From the NCBI GenBank assembly GCA_025452005.1, contig JANWJK010000020.1:1740-65739 (forward strand): 64,000 nucleotides of DNA, read 5' to 3'. Below, piece after piece: positions 13,262 to 24,404 of this stretch. A model generated the notes under the pieces. It made no database searches. It saw nothing but the letters and a program-made list of their open reading frames with translations, and was not told the DNA's origin. The translations under genes were made by a program, and so were the position numbers. This DNA comes from Acetobacteraceae bacterium (GTDB lineage: Bacteria; Pseudomonadota; Alphaproteobacteria; Acetobacterales; Acetobacteraceae). Every line of letters begins with the position of its first letter. Position 1 is the first letter of the stretch.

Positions 13262-15727
13262 ATGATCCAGATACCGTCGCAGACAGCGTCCCATCCTCGG
13301 GACACGCCGTCTACCTTCAGGCTTCTCATCCTGGAGGACTCGGTGACAGACGCGGAGCTGGAACAGCATGCCCTGCACAAGTCGGAGCTGATGTTCGCAG
13401 CGGAGGTCGTCGCGACCGAGCAGGCCTTCGTTGATGCACTGCGCGGGTTCGGGCCCGACATCGTCATTGTCGATTTTCAGGTCCCGGGTTTCAATGGCGT
13501 TGAGGCGGCACGCGAGGTAAAGCAGTGGCGTGCCGACATACCCGTCATTCTGGTGACGGGCGTGCTCAGCGACGAGGCCGCTGGGCAATTCATCAAGGCA
13601 GGGATCAGCGACTATGTCCTGAAGGACCGCCTCACCCGGTTGCCTGCGGCGGTACGGAGCGCTCTGGACGAGGCGGCCGCTGTGCGCGGCAGGATTCAGG
13701 CGGAATCGGCGCGGGATGAGCTCGCGCGAATCCTGGAATGTGCCGAGGACGCGGTCATCGGTACCAACATTACTGGCACTGTGACCGCCTGGAATGCCAG
13801 CGCTGCGCGGATCTTCGGCTGCGCGGCCAGCGAGGCGATCGGGCAACCGATCAACGAAGCGTTAGGCAACTTTGCCATTGTGCCGATCGACGCTGCGCTG
13901 CAGAAGGTCCAGCATGACGGAGTCGTCACGAGTCTCAAGGCGCAATATGGCGGGGACCACGACAACGCGCGCGTGTTGTCGCTGTGCCTGTCGCCGATCC
14001 GCGATGCGGCGGCAAACATCACGGGTGCGTCGATCGTCATCCGGGACATCACCGAAGAAAAGCGAATGCAGTTGCAGCTCAGCCGGACCACGGCACAGCT
14101 TGCACTGTCGCTGCAACAGATCTCGGAGACCAACATTGCGCTGCAGCGAGAGATCCAGGTGCGGCGAGCGGCCGAGCTCGAGGCTGCCGGCGCCCGCCAG
14201 GACGCCGAGAGCGCCAACGAGGCGAAGTCTTCCTACCTGTCGCATGTCAGCCACGAAATCCGCACGCCAATGACCAGCATCATCGGCTTTGCCGATCTGC
14301 TACTGGATAGCCACCTCTCGGCTGATCAGGCCAGGAAGGTCAGAAACCTGCGCGAGGCGGCAAGATCGCTGTTGTCGATCATCAACGACATCCTCGACAT
14401 CTCGGCGATCGAATCAGGTCACCTCCGGTTGGCACCGGCGCCCACCAATCTGCCCGCTGTCGTCGAGGCCGTCCTGGCAACCGTCAAACCGAATGCCAGC
14501 GCCAAGGCGCTCGAACTGAGCTGCAACTTCGCACCCGACGTGCCACTTTGTGTGCAGGCGGATCCGGAGCGCCTGCGGCAGATCCTGCTCAACCTGGTCG
14601 GCAATGCCGTCAAGTTTACCGAACACGGTGGCGTTGCGGTCTCGGTGGGCTGCGACCCCGTCCCGTGCGGTCCGTTCGTTCGCTTCGAGGTCAACGACAC
14701 CGGCATCGGCATTCCCCTTGACGATCAGAACCACCTCTTCCGCGAGTTCTATCGCGTAGAACAGAGTCGTGCGCGCGAGGCCGAGGGAAGCGGCCTTGGC
14801 CTCGCGATTAGCCGGCGGCTCGTCGAGGCCATGGGCGGGTCCATCGGCGTTGCGAGCCGTACCGGCAAGGGGTCGACGTTCTGGTTCCTGCTGCCATTGC
14901 CGACGATGATGCAGGCGCCAGCGCCGGCGCCTCGCATTTCGGTCTGCGAGCATGGGAAGAAGGGGAAGGTCCTTGTTGCCGAGGATCTGCCTATGAACCA
15001 GATGATCATCAGCGAGATGCTGGAGACGGCAGGCCACACGGTGGTGGTCGTCGCGGACGGCGTGTCTGCCATCACGGCACTGCAGACCGAAAGGTTTGAT
15101 CTGGTCCTGATGGACATGGAGATGCCGGTCATGGGCGGCATCGGCGCGACCCGCGCTGTGCGGTCGATGGAACAGGCACGAAGAACGCCGATCGTGGCGC
15201 TGACGGCAAATGCCATGCCGCAGCAGATCGCCGATTGTCGCGCAGCGGGAATGGACGACTACCTGTCGAAGCCCATCGATCGGACACTGATGCTGCATGC
15301 CGTGGCCAGATGGATCGGTCGTGAGTCGTCAGAACCCGATGCGTGCGGTGAAGCAACCCGCGAGATGCCCGACCGGGGTATACTCGATCAGCTGAAGGCC
15401 CGCTTCGGTCCCGAGAAGACACGGCGGTTCCTGGTGATTGCGCGTGAACATCTCGCGCGGGTCATAGGCTGCCTGTCCGATTGTGGCGATCATCCGACCG
15501 CGCAACATGCGCTACATGATCTCGTGTCGGTCGCCGGCAACGTCGGACTGCACAGTCTCAGCGAGCAGGCGCGTCGATTGCTGATCGCTATGCAATCGAA
15601 TGCGGACGATGTTGCGACGCTGGCGCCCACATTGCTTGCCGCGGCGCGAGCCACGGTCGCATTGCTAGATAATCGGTACCTGGCGATGGCTCCTTTGCCC
15701 CTCCATGAGTCGGCCGGCATCGGGTAG
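13262..15727 (+). CDS. Hybrid sensor histidine kinase (REC-PAS-HisKA-HATPase-REC-HPt)
   Basis: N-terminal REC: LLILEDS...IVIVDFQVPGFNG. PAS-like segment. H-box LSHVSHEIRTPM, then GNAVKFT, DTGIGI, GSGLGLAI. C-terminal REC: VLVAED...LVLMDMEMPVMGG...SKPI. HPt-like LHDLVSVAGNVGLHSLSE. Confidence 0.85.
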   Translation: MIQIPSQTASHPRDTPSTFRLLILEDSVTDAELEQHALHKSELMFAAEVVATEQAFVDALRGFGPDIVIVDFQVPGFNGVEAAREVKQWRADIPVILVTGVLSDEAAGQFIKAGISDYVLKDRLTRLPAAVRSALDEAAAVRGRIQAESARDELARILECAEDAVIGTNITGTVTAWNASAARIFGCAASEAIGQPINEALGNFAIVPIDAALQKVQHDGVVTSLKAQYGGDHDNARVLSLCLSPIRDAAANITGASIVIRDITEEKRMQLQLSRTTAQLALSLQQISETNIALQREIQVRRAAELEAAGARQDAESANEAKSSYLSHVSHEIRTPMTSIIGFADLLLDSHLSADQARKVRNLREAARSLLSIINDILDISAIESGHLRLAPAPTNLPAVVEAVLATVKPNASAKALELSCNFAPDVPLCVQADPERLRQILLNLVGNAVKFTEHGGVAVSVGCDPVPCGPFVRFEVNDTGIGIPLDDQNHLFREFYRVEQSRAREAEGSGLGLAISRRLVEAMGGSIGVASRTGKGSTFWFLLPLPTMMQAPAPAPRISVCEHGKKGKVLVAEDLPMNQMIISEMLETAGHTVVVVADGVSAITALQTERFDLVLMDMEMPVMGGIGATRAVRSMEQARRTPIVALTANAMPQQIADCRAAGMDDYLSKPIDRTLMLHAVARWIGRESSEPDACGEATREMPDRGILDQLKARFGPEKTRRFLVIAREHLARVIGCLSDCGDHPTAQHALHDLVSVAGNVGLHSLSEQARRLLIAMQSNADDVATLAPTLLAAARATVALLDNRYLAMAPLPLHESAGIG

Positions 15728-15731
15728 CGCG

Positions 15732-16274
15732 ATGTCAGCCACCCTTGAACAGCTTGTGCGCGCCGCCGTCCGCGCGGAGCTCGACGAGTTCCGTCGTTTC
15801 GTCGACCGGCGCATCGCCGAGCTGAGCATGGAGATTCACGCCACGGTGCAGTTGGTCGACTACAGTGAGACCAATCTGTCGGCGAAGCTGGCGAGCATCC
15901 ATGAGCAGATCGCCCATGTCGTCGCCGCGCCGGTAGCGGCGACGCACAACAGCGGCGTCGAGCTGGAGGCGGTGGTGCTGGCCACCGAGAACGCCGCCAA
16001 CCAAATCATGGAGGCAGCGGAAGCCATCGCCAGCTGGCTGCAGGCGGGTGGCGATCCTGCCGCTCTGCCCGCCGTGACCCAGCAGGTCAACGCGATTTTC
16101 GAGGCCTGCACCTTTCAGGATCTCACCGGCCAGCGGGTTCGCCGCGCTATCGAACACTTGCAGCAGGTCGAGACCATGTTGTCGGGCATGATGCACGACG
16201 CGCCGGTCGAACCCGCCAATGTAGCAACCCCGTCCGACCTCGCACAGGCCGACATCGACAGCCTGTTCGCGTGA
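15732..16274 (+). CDS. CheZ-like aspartyl-phosphate phosphatase
   Basis: 180 aa and helical. Contains ACTFQDLTGQRVRRAIEHLQQVE, which has the DxxxQ spacing of the CheZ catalytic motif. The acidic amphipathic C-terminus SDLAQADIDSLFA resembles the CheY-binding tail of CheZ. Third-position GC is strong in this frame. Confidence 0.65.
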   Translation: MSATLEQLVRAAVRAELDEFRRFVDRRIAELSMEIHATVQLVDYSETNLSAKLASIHEQIAHVVAAPVAATHNSGVELEAVVLATENAANQIMEAAEAIASWLQAGGDPAALPAVTQQVNAIFEACTFQDLTGQRVRRAIEHLQQVETMLSGMMHDAPVEPANVATPSDLAQADIDSLFA

Positions 16275-17018
16275 ACCTCCGCCGGCGATCTCGGTGATCA
16301 GCTTGCTGCGCACGGCCTCGGCGAATTGCTCGTAGCTGGTCACCGCGATGACGAACGAGCCTGGCCCGCCGATCACGCTCTGCCGGTAATAAATATCCAG
16401 CTCAGGCTCCAGTGTCAGGATTGGCAGGCCATTGATGACCGCGCCTGCCTGCACCGCCGCATCGCGCGCATCTTCGGCCGGTCGGCCACGGTTGTTCGCA
16501 CCGTCCCCCGACACGTCGATGACCTGCCGCTGCCCCTGATATGGCGCACGCGCGAGCATTCCGAGCGAATAGTCGATCGCACCGCTGATTGAAGTGCCGC
16601 CGCCGAACAGTGCGCGCGGCGCATCCCTAATGGCCGCGGCGAAGCGCTCGGCCGAGGCCGCATCGTCGATCAGCGTCCAATCCACCGCTACGACATGCAG
16701 CGCCGGCCCGGTCCACTGCAACATCGCAACCGCGATCGAGCCTGTGGAGGTAGAGCGAATCGCCTGCAGCACGGCGGCGCTGCGGAATGCCGCCGCGTAG
16801 CCCTCGCGCTGAAGCTCAAACCGGTCCTGACTGACGCTGCCCGATACGTCCACCGCCAGCACGAGCTGCACGGCGACAGGCGTCGCCGCGAATGCGCCAT
16901 CCACGATGAGGATCACGGCCAGCAACGCCAAAAGCCCGCGTCGATATGGATATCCGGACAACCAGCCCTCTCTGTCCGATTGAGTCGCACACACTTGGTC
17001 GCCTGGTCTAGGCTCCAC
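15735..17018 (-). CDS. DUF1194-like (vWA-fold) secreted protein; the ORF has no stop of its own and reads antisense through the CheZ-like gene
   Basis: N-terminal signal-like LLALLAVILIVDGAFA. LAVDVSGSVS (MIDAS-like), VIDVSGDGANN and ...SKLITEIAGGGS match my memory of DUF1194 proteins of about 250 aa. Only about 16263..17018 is domain-supported. The remaining 176 codons are the exact reverse complement of the CheZ-like codons. Confidence 0.55.
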   Translation of the reverse strand: MEPRPGDQVCATQSDREGWLSGYPYRRGLLALLAVILIVDGAFAATPVAVQLVLAVDVSGSVSQDRFELQREGYAAAFRSAAVLQAIRSTSTGSIAVAMLQWTGPALHVVAVDWTLIDDAASAERFAAAIRDAPRALFGGGTSISGAIDYSLGMLARAPYQGQRQVIDVSGDGANNRGRPAEDARDAAVQAGAVINGLPILTLEPELDIYYRQSVIGGPGSFVIAVTSYEQFAEAVRSKLITEIAGGGSREQAVDVGLCEVGRGCYIGGFDRRVVHHARQHGLDLLQVFDSAANPLAGEILKGAGLENRVDLLGHGGQSGRIATRLQPAGDGFRCLHDLVGGVLGGQHHRLQLDAAVVRRRYRRGDDMGDLLMDARQLRRQIGLTVVDQLHRGVNLHAQLGDAPVDETTELVELRADGGAHKLFKGG

Positions 17019-17039
17019 CGAGACTGCCCATCACCGGAG

Positions 17040-19022
<1,983 letters not shown>

Positions 19023-19028
19023 TGCCAA

Positions 19029-20525
19029 TCACAACGGCAGACGTCCCTGCCGCTCCGGGCGATCAGCGGTTGCGCCGACCTCGCCGTCGGCGAAGCGTAA
19101 CCTGAGCCGGGCTCCGGGCGGCACCGTGGCCACGCTGGTCAGCGGATGCCCGGCGGCATCCGAGACCACCGCATAGCCACGTTGCAGGACGGCCAGCGGC
19201 GAAACCGATTCGAGCCGCGCAGCAGTCCCCTCCAGCCGAGCACGGGTCTCACGCAACAACGCGCGCAGCGGCACATCCGATAGCCGCCCGAGCATGCGGC
19301 CGGCGCGGCCATGGATGCCGGCCACAGCGTGCCGCAAGCCGCTACCCAGCTTCTGGCCGCACAGGTCAATCGCAGCATGCCGCCGCGCCACGAAGTTCGG
19401 CAGCGCGATGATCAGACGAACGCCGCGTTCCTGTACCCGCTCGCGCCATGCCGTGGCCAGCGCCTGCAGGTCGGGCAACTGCCGCACCGCCGCATCGAGC
19501 GCCGCCCGGCGCTTGTGCAGCAGGTTGGGCAGCGCGAGCACCAGCCGCTCGGCGCGATCGTCCAACCGCTGCCGCGCCCCACCGAGCAACGCGGGCAGAT
19601 CGGGCAGCCCACGTTCCGCACGCGACAGGAGCAGCCGGCGCTGCTGCGTCAGGTGGTTCAGGCCGCCGATCAGCCGCGCCGCCCGTTGCTCCAGATCGGC
19701 GATCAATTCGGCCCGCGCCGGCACCGCAAGCTCCGCAGCGGCGGTGGGTGTCGGCGCGCGGCGATCGGAGACAAAGTCAATCAGCGTGGTATCGGTTTCG
19801 TGCCCGACCGCGGAGATCAGCGGGATGCGGCAGGCGGCGACCGCGCGCAGAACGACTTCCTCATTGAAAGCCATCAGGTCCTCCAGGCTGCCGCCGCCGC
19901 GCGCCACGATCAGGACGTCGGGGCGGGGCACGACACGCTCGAAGCCGGCGATGGCGGTGGCGATGCGCTCTGCGGCGCCGTCGCCCTGTACCGGTACGGG
20001 CCACAGCAGCACGGCGCGCGGAAAGCGGCGCGCGATCGTGGTGCGGATGTCCTGTATCACCGCGCCACGCTCGCTGGTCACGACGCCGATCACCGCCGGC
20101 AGCACCGGCAGCCGACGCTTGCGGTCGGCGTCGAACAGTCCCTCCGCCACCATGCGCAGGCGCAGCATCTCGATGCGGGCGAGCAGGGCGCCGGCCCCGG
20201 CATACTCCATCCGCTCGGTGATGAGCTGATACGACGAACGGTCCGCATAGGCGGAGACGCGGCCGGTGGCGATCACCTCGACGCCGTTCTCCGGCACCAT
20301 GCCGAGGCGGGACACCGTGGATTTCCACACCACGCCGGCGATCTTGGCGCCCTCGTCCTTCAGCGAGAAGTAGATGTGCCCGGAAGGGTAGCGCTTCAGT
20401 TCAGTAATCTCGCCGCGCACGCGCACCCGGCCGAAATTGCCTTCCAGCGTGCGCTTCACCGCGCCGGAGATTTCCGAGACGGTGTATTCCGGCACATTCG
20501 ACACTGTGGTCCTAAGTTCGTCCAT
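19029..20525 (-). CDS. xseA: Exodeoxyribonuclease VII large subunit
   Basis: N-terminal OB-fold EYTVSEISGAVKRTLEGNFGRVRVRGEITELKRYPSGHIYFSLKDE. 498 aa. Confidence 0.92.
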   Translation of the reverse strand: MDELRTTVSNVPEYTVSEISGAVKRTLEGNFGRVRVRGEITELKRYPSGHIYFSLKDEGAKIAGVVWKSTVSRLGMVPENGVEVIATGRVSAYADRSSYQLITERMEYAGAGALLARIEMLRLRMVAEGLFDADRKRRLPVLPAVIGVVTSERGAVIQDIRTTIARRFPRAVLLWPVPVQGDGAAERIATAIAGFERVVPRPDVLIVARGGGSLEDLMAFNEEVVLRAVAACRIPLISAVGHETDTTLIDFVSDRRAPTPTAAAELAVPARAELIADLEQRAARLIGGLNHLTQQRRLLLSRAERGLPDLPALLGGARQRLDDRAERLVLALPNLLHKRRAALDAAVRQLPDLQALATAWRERVQERGVRLIIALPNFVARRHAAIDLCGQKLGSGLRHAVAGIHGRAGRMLGRLSDVPLRALLRETRARLEGTAARLESVSPLAVLQRGYAVVSDAAGHPLTSVATVPPGARLRLRFADGEVGATADRPERQGRLPL

Positions 20526-20574
20526 CGCGGCAGCCTATGCTACAGCCAGCCTCGCTTGAAGCGAGGAGAGCCAC

Positions 20575-21846
20575 ATGCGGGTGCTGGTGGTGGGTTCGGG
20601 TGGACGCGAACATGCGCTCTGCTGGTCGCTCGCCGCCAGCCCGCTGCTGACGAAGCTGTGGTGTGCGCCAGGCAATCCCGGCATCGCCCAGGTGGCCGAG
20701 CGCGTGCCGATCGGTGTCCTCGATTTCCCCGCCCTGGTCGCCTTCGCGCAGGACAATGAGATCGACCTGGTGGTCCCCGGCCCCGAGGCGCCGCTGGTCG
20801 CTGGCATCGCCGACGCCATGGAGGCGGCGTCGATCCCCTGCATCGGCCCATCGCTTGCCGCGGCGCAGCTCGAAGGCAGCAAGTCCTACACGAAGGAATT
20901 GTGCGACGCGGCCGGCATACCCACCGCGCATTGGGAGCGCTTCGACGACGCGGAAGCGGCGCGCGAGTTCGTGCGCCGGCGCGGGACGCCGATTGTGGTG
21001 AAAGCGGACGGGTTGACCGCCGGCAAGGGCGTTGTGGTGGCCGCGACCGAGGACGCCGCGCTGGCTGCCATCGAGGCGGTGATGGAGGCCCGCGCGTTCG
21101 GCGAGGCAGGTGCCGCCGTGGTGATCGAGGAATGCCTGACCGGCGAGGAGGTATCGCTTTTCGCGCTGTGCGACGGCGAGACCGCGCTGTCGCTCGGTGC
21201 GGCCCAGGACCATAAGCGCGTTGGCGAGGGGGAGACCGGGGCGAATACCGGCGGCATGGGCGCCTATTCGCCGACACCGTCGTTCCCGCAGGCGCTGCAA
21301 GAGGCGGCGATGGCCGGCATCATCCGTCCCGCGCTCGCCGAGATGGTCCGGCGAGGCACCCCGTTCCGCGGCATCTTGTATGCGGGGCTGATGCTTACGG
21401 CCGAGGGCGTGAAGTTGATCGAATTCAACGTCCGCTTCGGCGATCCGGAGTGCCAGGCGCTTCTGCCGCGGCTGATGTCCGATCTGCTGCCAGCCCTGCA
21501 GGCGGCGTACGACGGCGAACTGGAGAATTTTGATCTCCGCTGGAACGACATTGCCTCGATCGCCGTCGTGATGGCGGCGCGTGGCTATCCCGAGGCGCCG
21601 GAACGTGGCAGTGAGATCCGCGGCCTCGATCTCGCCGCCGCAATGCCAAGCGTGCAGGTGTTCCACGCCGGCACGGAGGCGGATTCGGACGGACACGTTC
21701 GCGCCTCCGGCGGCCGCGTGCTGAACGTCTGCGCCACGGGAGTGGATGTGCAGGCCGCGCGGGATGCCGCGTATGCCGCAGTACGGCTGATCGACTGGCC
21801 GGAGGGCTTCTGCCGGCAAGATATCGGGTGGCGCGCGCTGCGGTAA
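20575..21846 (+). CDS. purD: Phosphoribosylamine-glycine ligase
   Basis: MRVLVVGSGGREHALCW..., ATP-grasp body, 423 aa. GAGGAG RBS. Confidence 0.95.
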   Translation: MRVLVVGSGGREHALCWSLAASPLLTKLWCAPGNPGIAQVAERVPIGVLDFPALVAFAQDNEIDLVVPGPEAPLVAGIADAMEAASIPCIGPSLAAAQLEGSKSYTKELCDAAGIPTAHWERFDDAEAAREFVRRRGTPIVVKADGLTAGKGVVVAATEDAALAAIEAVMEARAFGEAGAAVVIEECLTGEEVSLFALCDGETALSLGAAQDHKRVGEGETGANTGGMGAYSPTPSFPQALQEAAMAGIIRPALAEMVRRGTPFRGILYAGLMLTAEGVKLIEFNVRFGDPECQALLPRLMSDLLPALQAAYDGELENFDLRWNDIASIAVVMAARGYPEAPERGSEIRGLDLAAAMPSVQVFHAGTEADSDGHVRASGGRVLNVCATGVDVQAARDAAYAAVRLIDWPEGFCRQDIGWRALR

Positions 21847-21877
21847 AGCCGGATCGAGCCGCCCGGCACTTGCCCTG

Positions 21878-22318
21878 CTACCGTCTCGAGGCAAAGAATG
21901 TGCGGAGCAGTACTCCCGCCTCCGCCTCGCGCACGCCGCCCACCACCTCCGGCCGGTGCGAGCAGGAAGTTGCATCGAACACCCGTGCACCGTGCTCGAT
22001 GCCACCGCCCTTCGGATCGTACGCGCCGAACACCAGCCGCCGCACCCGGAAGAAGCTCGCCGCCTGGGCGCACATTGGGCACGGCTCCAGCGTCACCACC
22101 AGCTCGCAATCCGGCAGCCGCACCTCGCCGCGCAATGCAGCAGCCGCGCGCAGCGCCAATAGCTCGGCATGCGCCGACGCATCGTGGCGCGCCTCCACCT
22201 CGTTGCCCGCGCGTGCCAGGACCGCGCCGCCGCCGTCCAGCACCACCGCGCCCACTGGGACCTCGCCGCGTGCGGCCGCTGCTCGAGCCTCGGCCAGTGC
22301 GATCTCCATCGGCGTCAT
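21878..22318 (-). CDS. tadA: tRNA adenosine(34) deaminase
   Basis: Zinc motifs HAELLALR and EPCPMCAQA. ATG at 22318 lies inside the longer track ORF 21878..22573. Confidence 0.9.
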   Translation of the reverse strand: MTPMEIALAEARAAAARGEVPVGAVVLDGGGAVLARAGNEVEARHDASAHAELLALRAAAALRGEVRLPDCELVVTLEPCPMCAQAASFFRVRRLVFGAYDPKGGGIEHGARVFDATSCSHRPEVVGGVREAEAGVLLRTFFASRR

Positions 22319-22352
22319 GCCACACTGTTCCCCGAACAATGGAGAAAATCCG

Positions 22353-22928
22353 ATGCCCCGCATCCCCCTGGTCACCGCAGCCAGCATGACCGACGCGCAG
22401 CGCCGCGTATACGACGCGATGATGTCGGGACCGCGCCGCTCGCCACCGGTGGGACCCCTTGCGGCCGCCATGCACCGGCCCGATCTCGCGGAGAAATGGT
22501 CCGAGCTCGGCCTGGTACTGCGCTTCAATTCCAGCTTCGAGCCACGCCTGCGCGAATTCGTCATACTGCTCACCGGTCGCTACTGGGATTGCCAGTTCGA
22601 GTGGTTCTCGCACGAGGGCGAGGCGCGCAAGGCGGGTCTGTCCGAACAGACCATCGAGACGCTGCGCCACGGCGGCGGCACATTCGCAGGCGCCGACGAA
22701 CAGGCGATTCACGACTATGCGATCGAGCTGCTGCGCGACCACCGCGCTGGCGATGCGACCTATCAGCGCATCCTCGATACATACGGCACCGCGGGCATCG
22801 TCGAGCTGACCGCGCTGATCGGCTACTATGCAATGGTCGCGCTGACACTGAACGCGCACGAGATCGGCGTGCCGGAAGGTGCCACGCCGCCGCTGCCGCC
22901 CTTGCCCAATCACGGCGTAGCGGACTAG
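22353..22928 (+). CDS. Carboxymuconolactone decarboxylase (AhpD-like) family protein
   Basis: YWDCQFEWFSHEGEARKAGLSEQTIETL is typical of the CMD family. ATG at 22353 is preceded by GGAG. The track ORF 21828..22928 carries a spurious 5' extension antisense to tadA. Confidence 0.8.
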   Translation: MPRIPLVTAASMTDAQRRVYDAMMSGPRRSPPVGPLAAAMHRPDLAEKWSELGLVLRFNSSFEPRLREFVILLTGRYWDCQFEWFSHEGEARKAGLSEQTIETLRHGGGTFAGADEQAIHDYAIELLRDHRAGDATYQRILDTYGTAGIVELTALIGYYAMVALTLNAHEIGVPEGATPPLPPLPNHGVAD

Positions 22929-22938
22929 CAATTGCGCC

Positions 22939-23655
22939 ATGAACAAGCGACCTGTCATCGGCATTACCTTGGATTCCGAACAGCCTGGCGGCTACTCGAA
23001 ATACCCCTGGTATGCAGTACGGCAGAACTACGCCGACGCCATCGCCGCGGCCGGCGGTCTGCCGATCGCGCTGCCGCACGATGCATCGCTGGCCGCGGAA
23101 TACCTCAACCACATCGACGCGCTCGTCGTCACCGGCGGCGCGTTCGATGTCGATCCCGCGTTGTACGGCGACGACGACCGCCACGCGACTGTGACACTGA
23201 AGGAAGGCCGCACCGCCGCGGAACTCGCGCTCACCAACGGCGCACTGGCGCGCAACATGCCGTTACTTGGGATCTGCGGCGGCGAGCAGCTCCTGGCTGT
23301 GGCCCTGGGTGGCACGCTGATCCAGCACATTCCCGATACCATCGAGGGCGCGCTGGAGCACGAGCAGCTCAATCCGCGCCACGAACCCGGCCACCCTGTC
23401 GCGATCGGCGCCGGCACGTTGCTGCACCGCATCGTCGGCGCCGCCGAGATGCAGGTGAACTCGGCGCATCATCAGGCGGTGTGCGATCCGGGGCCATTCG
23501 CCGTGGTCAACGCCATAGCTCCGGACCAGGTGATAGAAGGCGTCGAGGATGCGCGCTATCGGTTCTGTCTCGGCGTCCAGTGGCATCCGGAGTTCTTCAT
23601 CGATCCCGGCGATCGCCGTATCTTCGACGCGCTGATTGCCGCCTGTCGCATATGA
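22939..23655 (+). CDS. Class I glutamine amidotransferase, gamma-glutamyl-GABA hydrolase-like (peptidase C26)
   Basis: Nucleophile elbow LLGICGGEQLL and GVQWHPEF. Confidence 0.85.
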   Translation: MNKRPVIGITLDSEQPGGYSKYPWYAVRQNYADAIAAAGGLPIALPHDASLAAEYLNHIDALVVTGGAFDVDPALYGDDDRHATVTLKEGRTAAELALTNGALARNMPLLGICGGEQLLAVALGGTLIQHIPDTIEGALEHEQLNPRHEPGHPVAIGAGTLLHRIVGAAEMQVNSAHHQAVCDPGPFAVVNAIAPDQVIEGVEDARYRFCLGVQWHPEFFIDPGDRRIFDALIAACRI

Positions 23656-24404
23656 GCGATCCCCCGCCCGGGGGTAAAGGTGAACGCATCGCCAAGTGGC
23701 TGGCGCGCGCGGGAGTGGCAAGCCGGCGTGACGCCGAGAAGCTGGTGGCCGACGGCAAAGTGCGGCTGAACAACGCGCCGGTGACACATCCTGCGACGTT
23801 CGTCTCTGCCGGCGACCTTGTGATCGTGCAGGGCGCCGTGGTCGATGCACCGGAGCGAACGCGGCTGTGGCGCTATCACAAACCTGTCGGGCTTGTGACC
23901 ACACATCGCGACCCACAGGGCCGGCCGACGGTATTCGAGAAGCTGCCATCCGGCATGCCGCGCGTGGTTAGCATTGGACGGCTCGACCTTACCAGCGAGG
24001 GGCTGTTGCTGCTGACGAATGACGGGTTGCTCGCGAGGAAGCTGGAATTGCCGTCTAGCGGCTGGCTGCGGCGTTACCGCGTGCGCGTGCACGGCGTGCC
24101 GGACCAGCGCCGGCTGGCTGCGCTGGCGAAAGGCGTCACCATCGAGGGTGTCGCTTACGGGCCGATCGATGCGGGCCTCGATTCGCGCAAGGGCGACAAT
24201 GCGTGGCTTACCGTTAGCCTGCGCGAGGGACGCAATCGGGAGGTGCGGCGCGCGATGGTGCATCTTGGTCTTGTTGTGACTCGGCTGATCCGGATCGCTT
24301 ACGGGCCGTTTCAGCTTGGTACATTGCCACGCGGTGCGGTGGATGAAGTGCCGGCGCGCGTGCTGCGCGATCAGTTGCCGCGTGATCGGTATGAAGAATT
24401 CTAA
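23652..24404 (+). CDS. rluB: RluB/RsuA family pseudouridine synthase
   Basis: S4 domain ERIAKWLARAGVASRRDAEKLV and catalytic GRLDLTSEGLLLLTNDG. ATGA overlap with the upstream gene. The family call is firm; the exact paralogue is less certain. Confidence 0.8.
   Translation: MSDPPPGGKGERIAKWLARAGVASRRDAEKLVADGKVRLNNAPVTHPATFVSAGDLVIVQGAVVDAPERTRLWRYHKPVGLVTTHRDPQGRPTVFEKLPSGMPRVVSIGRLDLTSEGLLLLTNDGLLARKLELPSSGWLRRYRVRVHGVPDQRRLAALAKGVTIEGVAYGPIDAGLDSRKGDNAWLTVSLREGRNREVRRAMVHLGLVVTRLIRIAYGPFQLGTLPRGAVDEVPARVLRDQLPRDRYEEF

Noticed and set aside
16695-17039. 5' extension of the PAS kinase ORF in the track; likewise 21828..22352, 22932..23651, 5622..5837 and 38771..39061
   Set aside because: The extensions overlap well-supported genes on the other strand or upstream genes, lack family similarity, and better internal starts with an RBS exist.
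19311-22005. ORFs 19311..20759(+), 19294..20229(+), 20512..22005(-) and 20540..21277(-)
   Set aside because: They are antisense or out of frame relative to xseA and purD, both of which have unambiguous family motifs.
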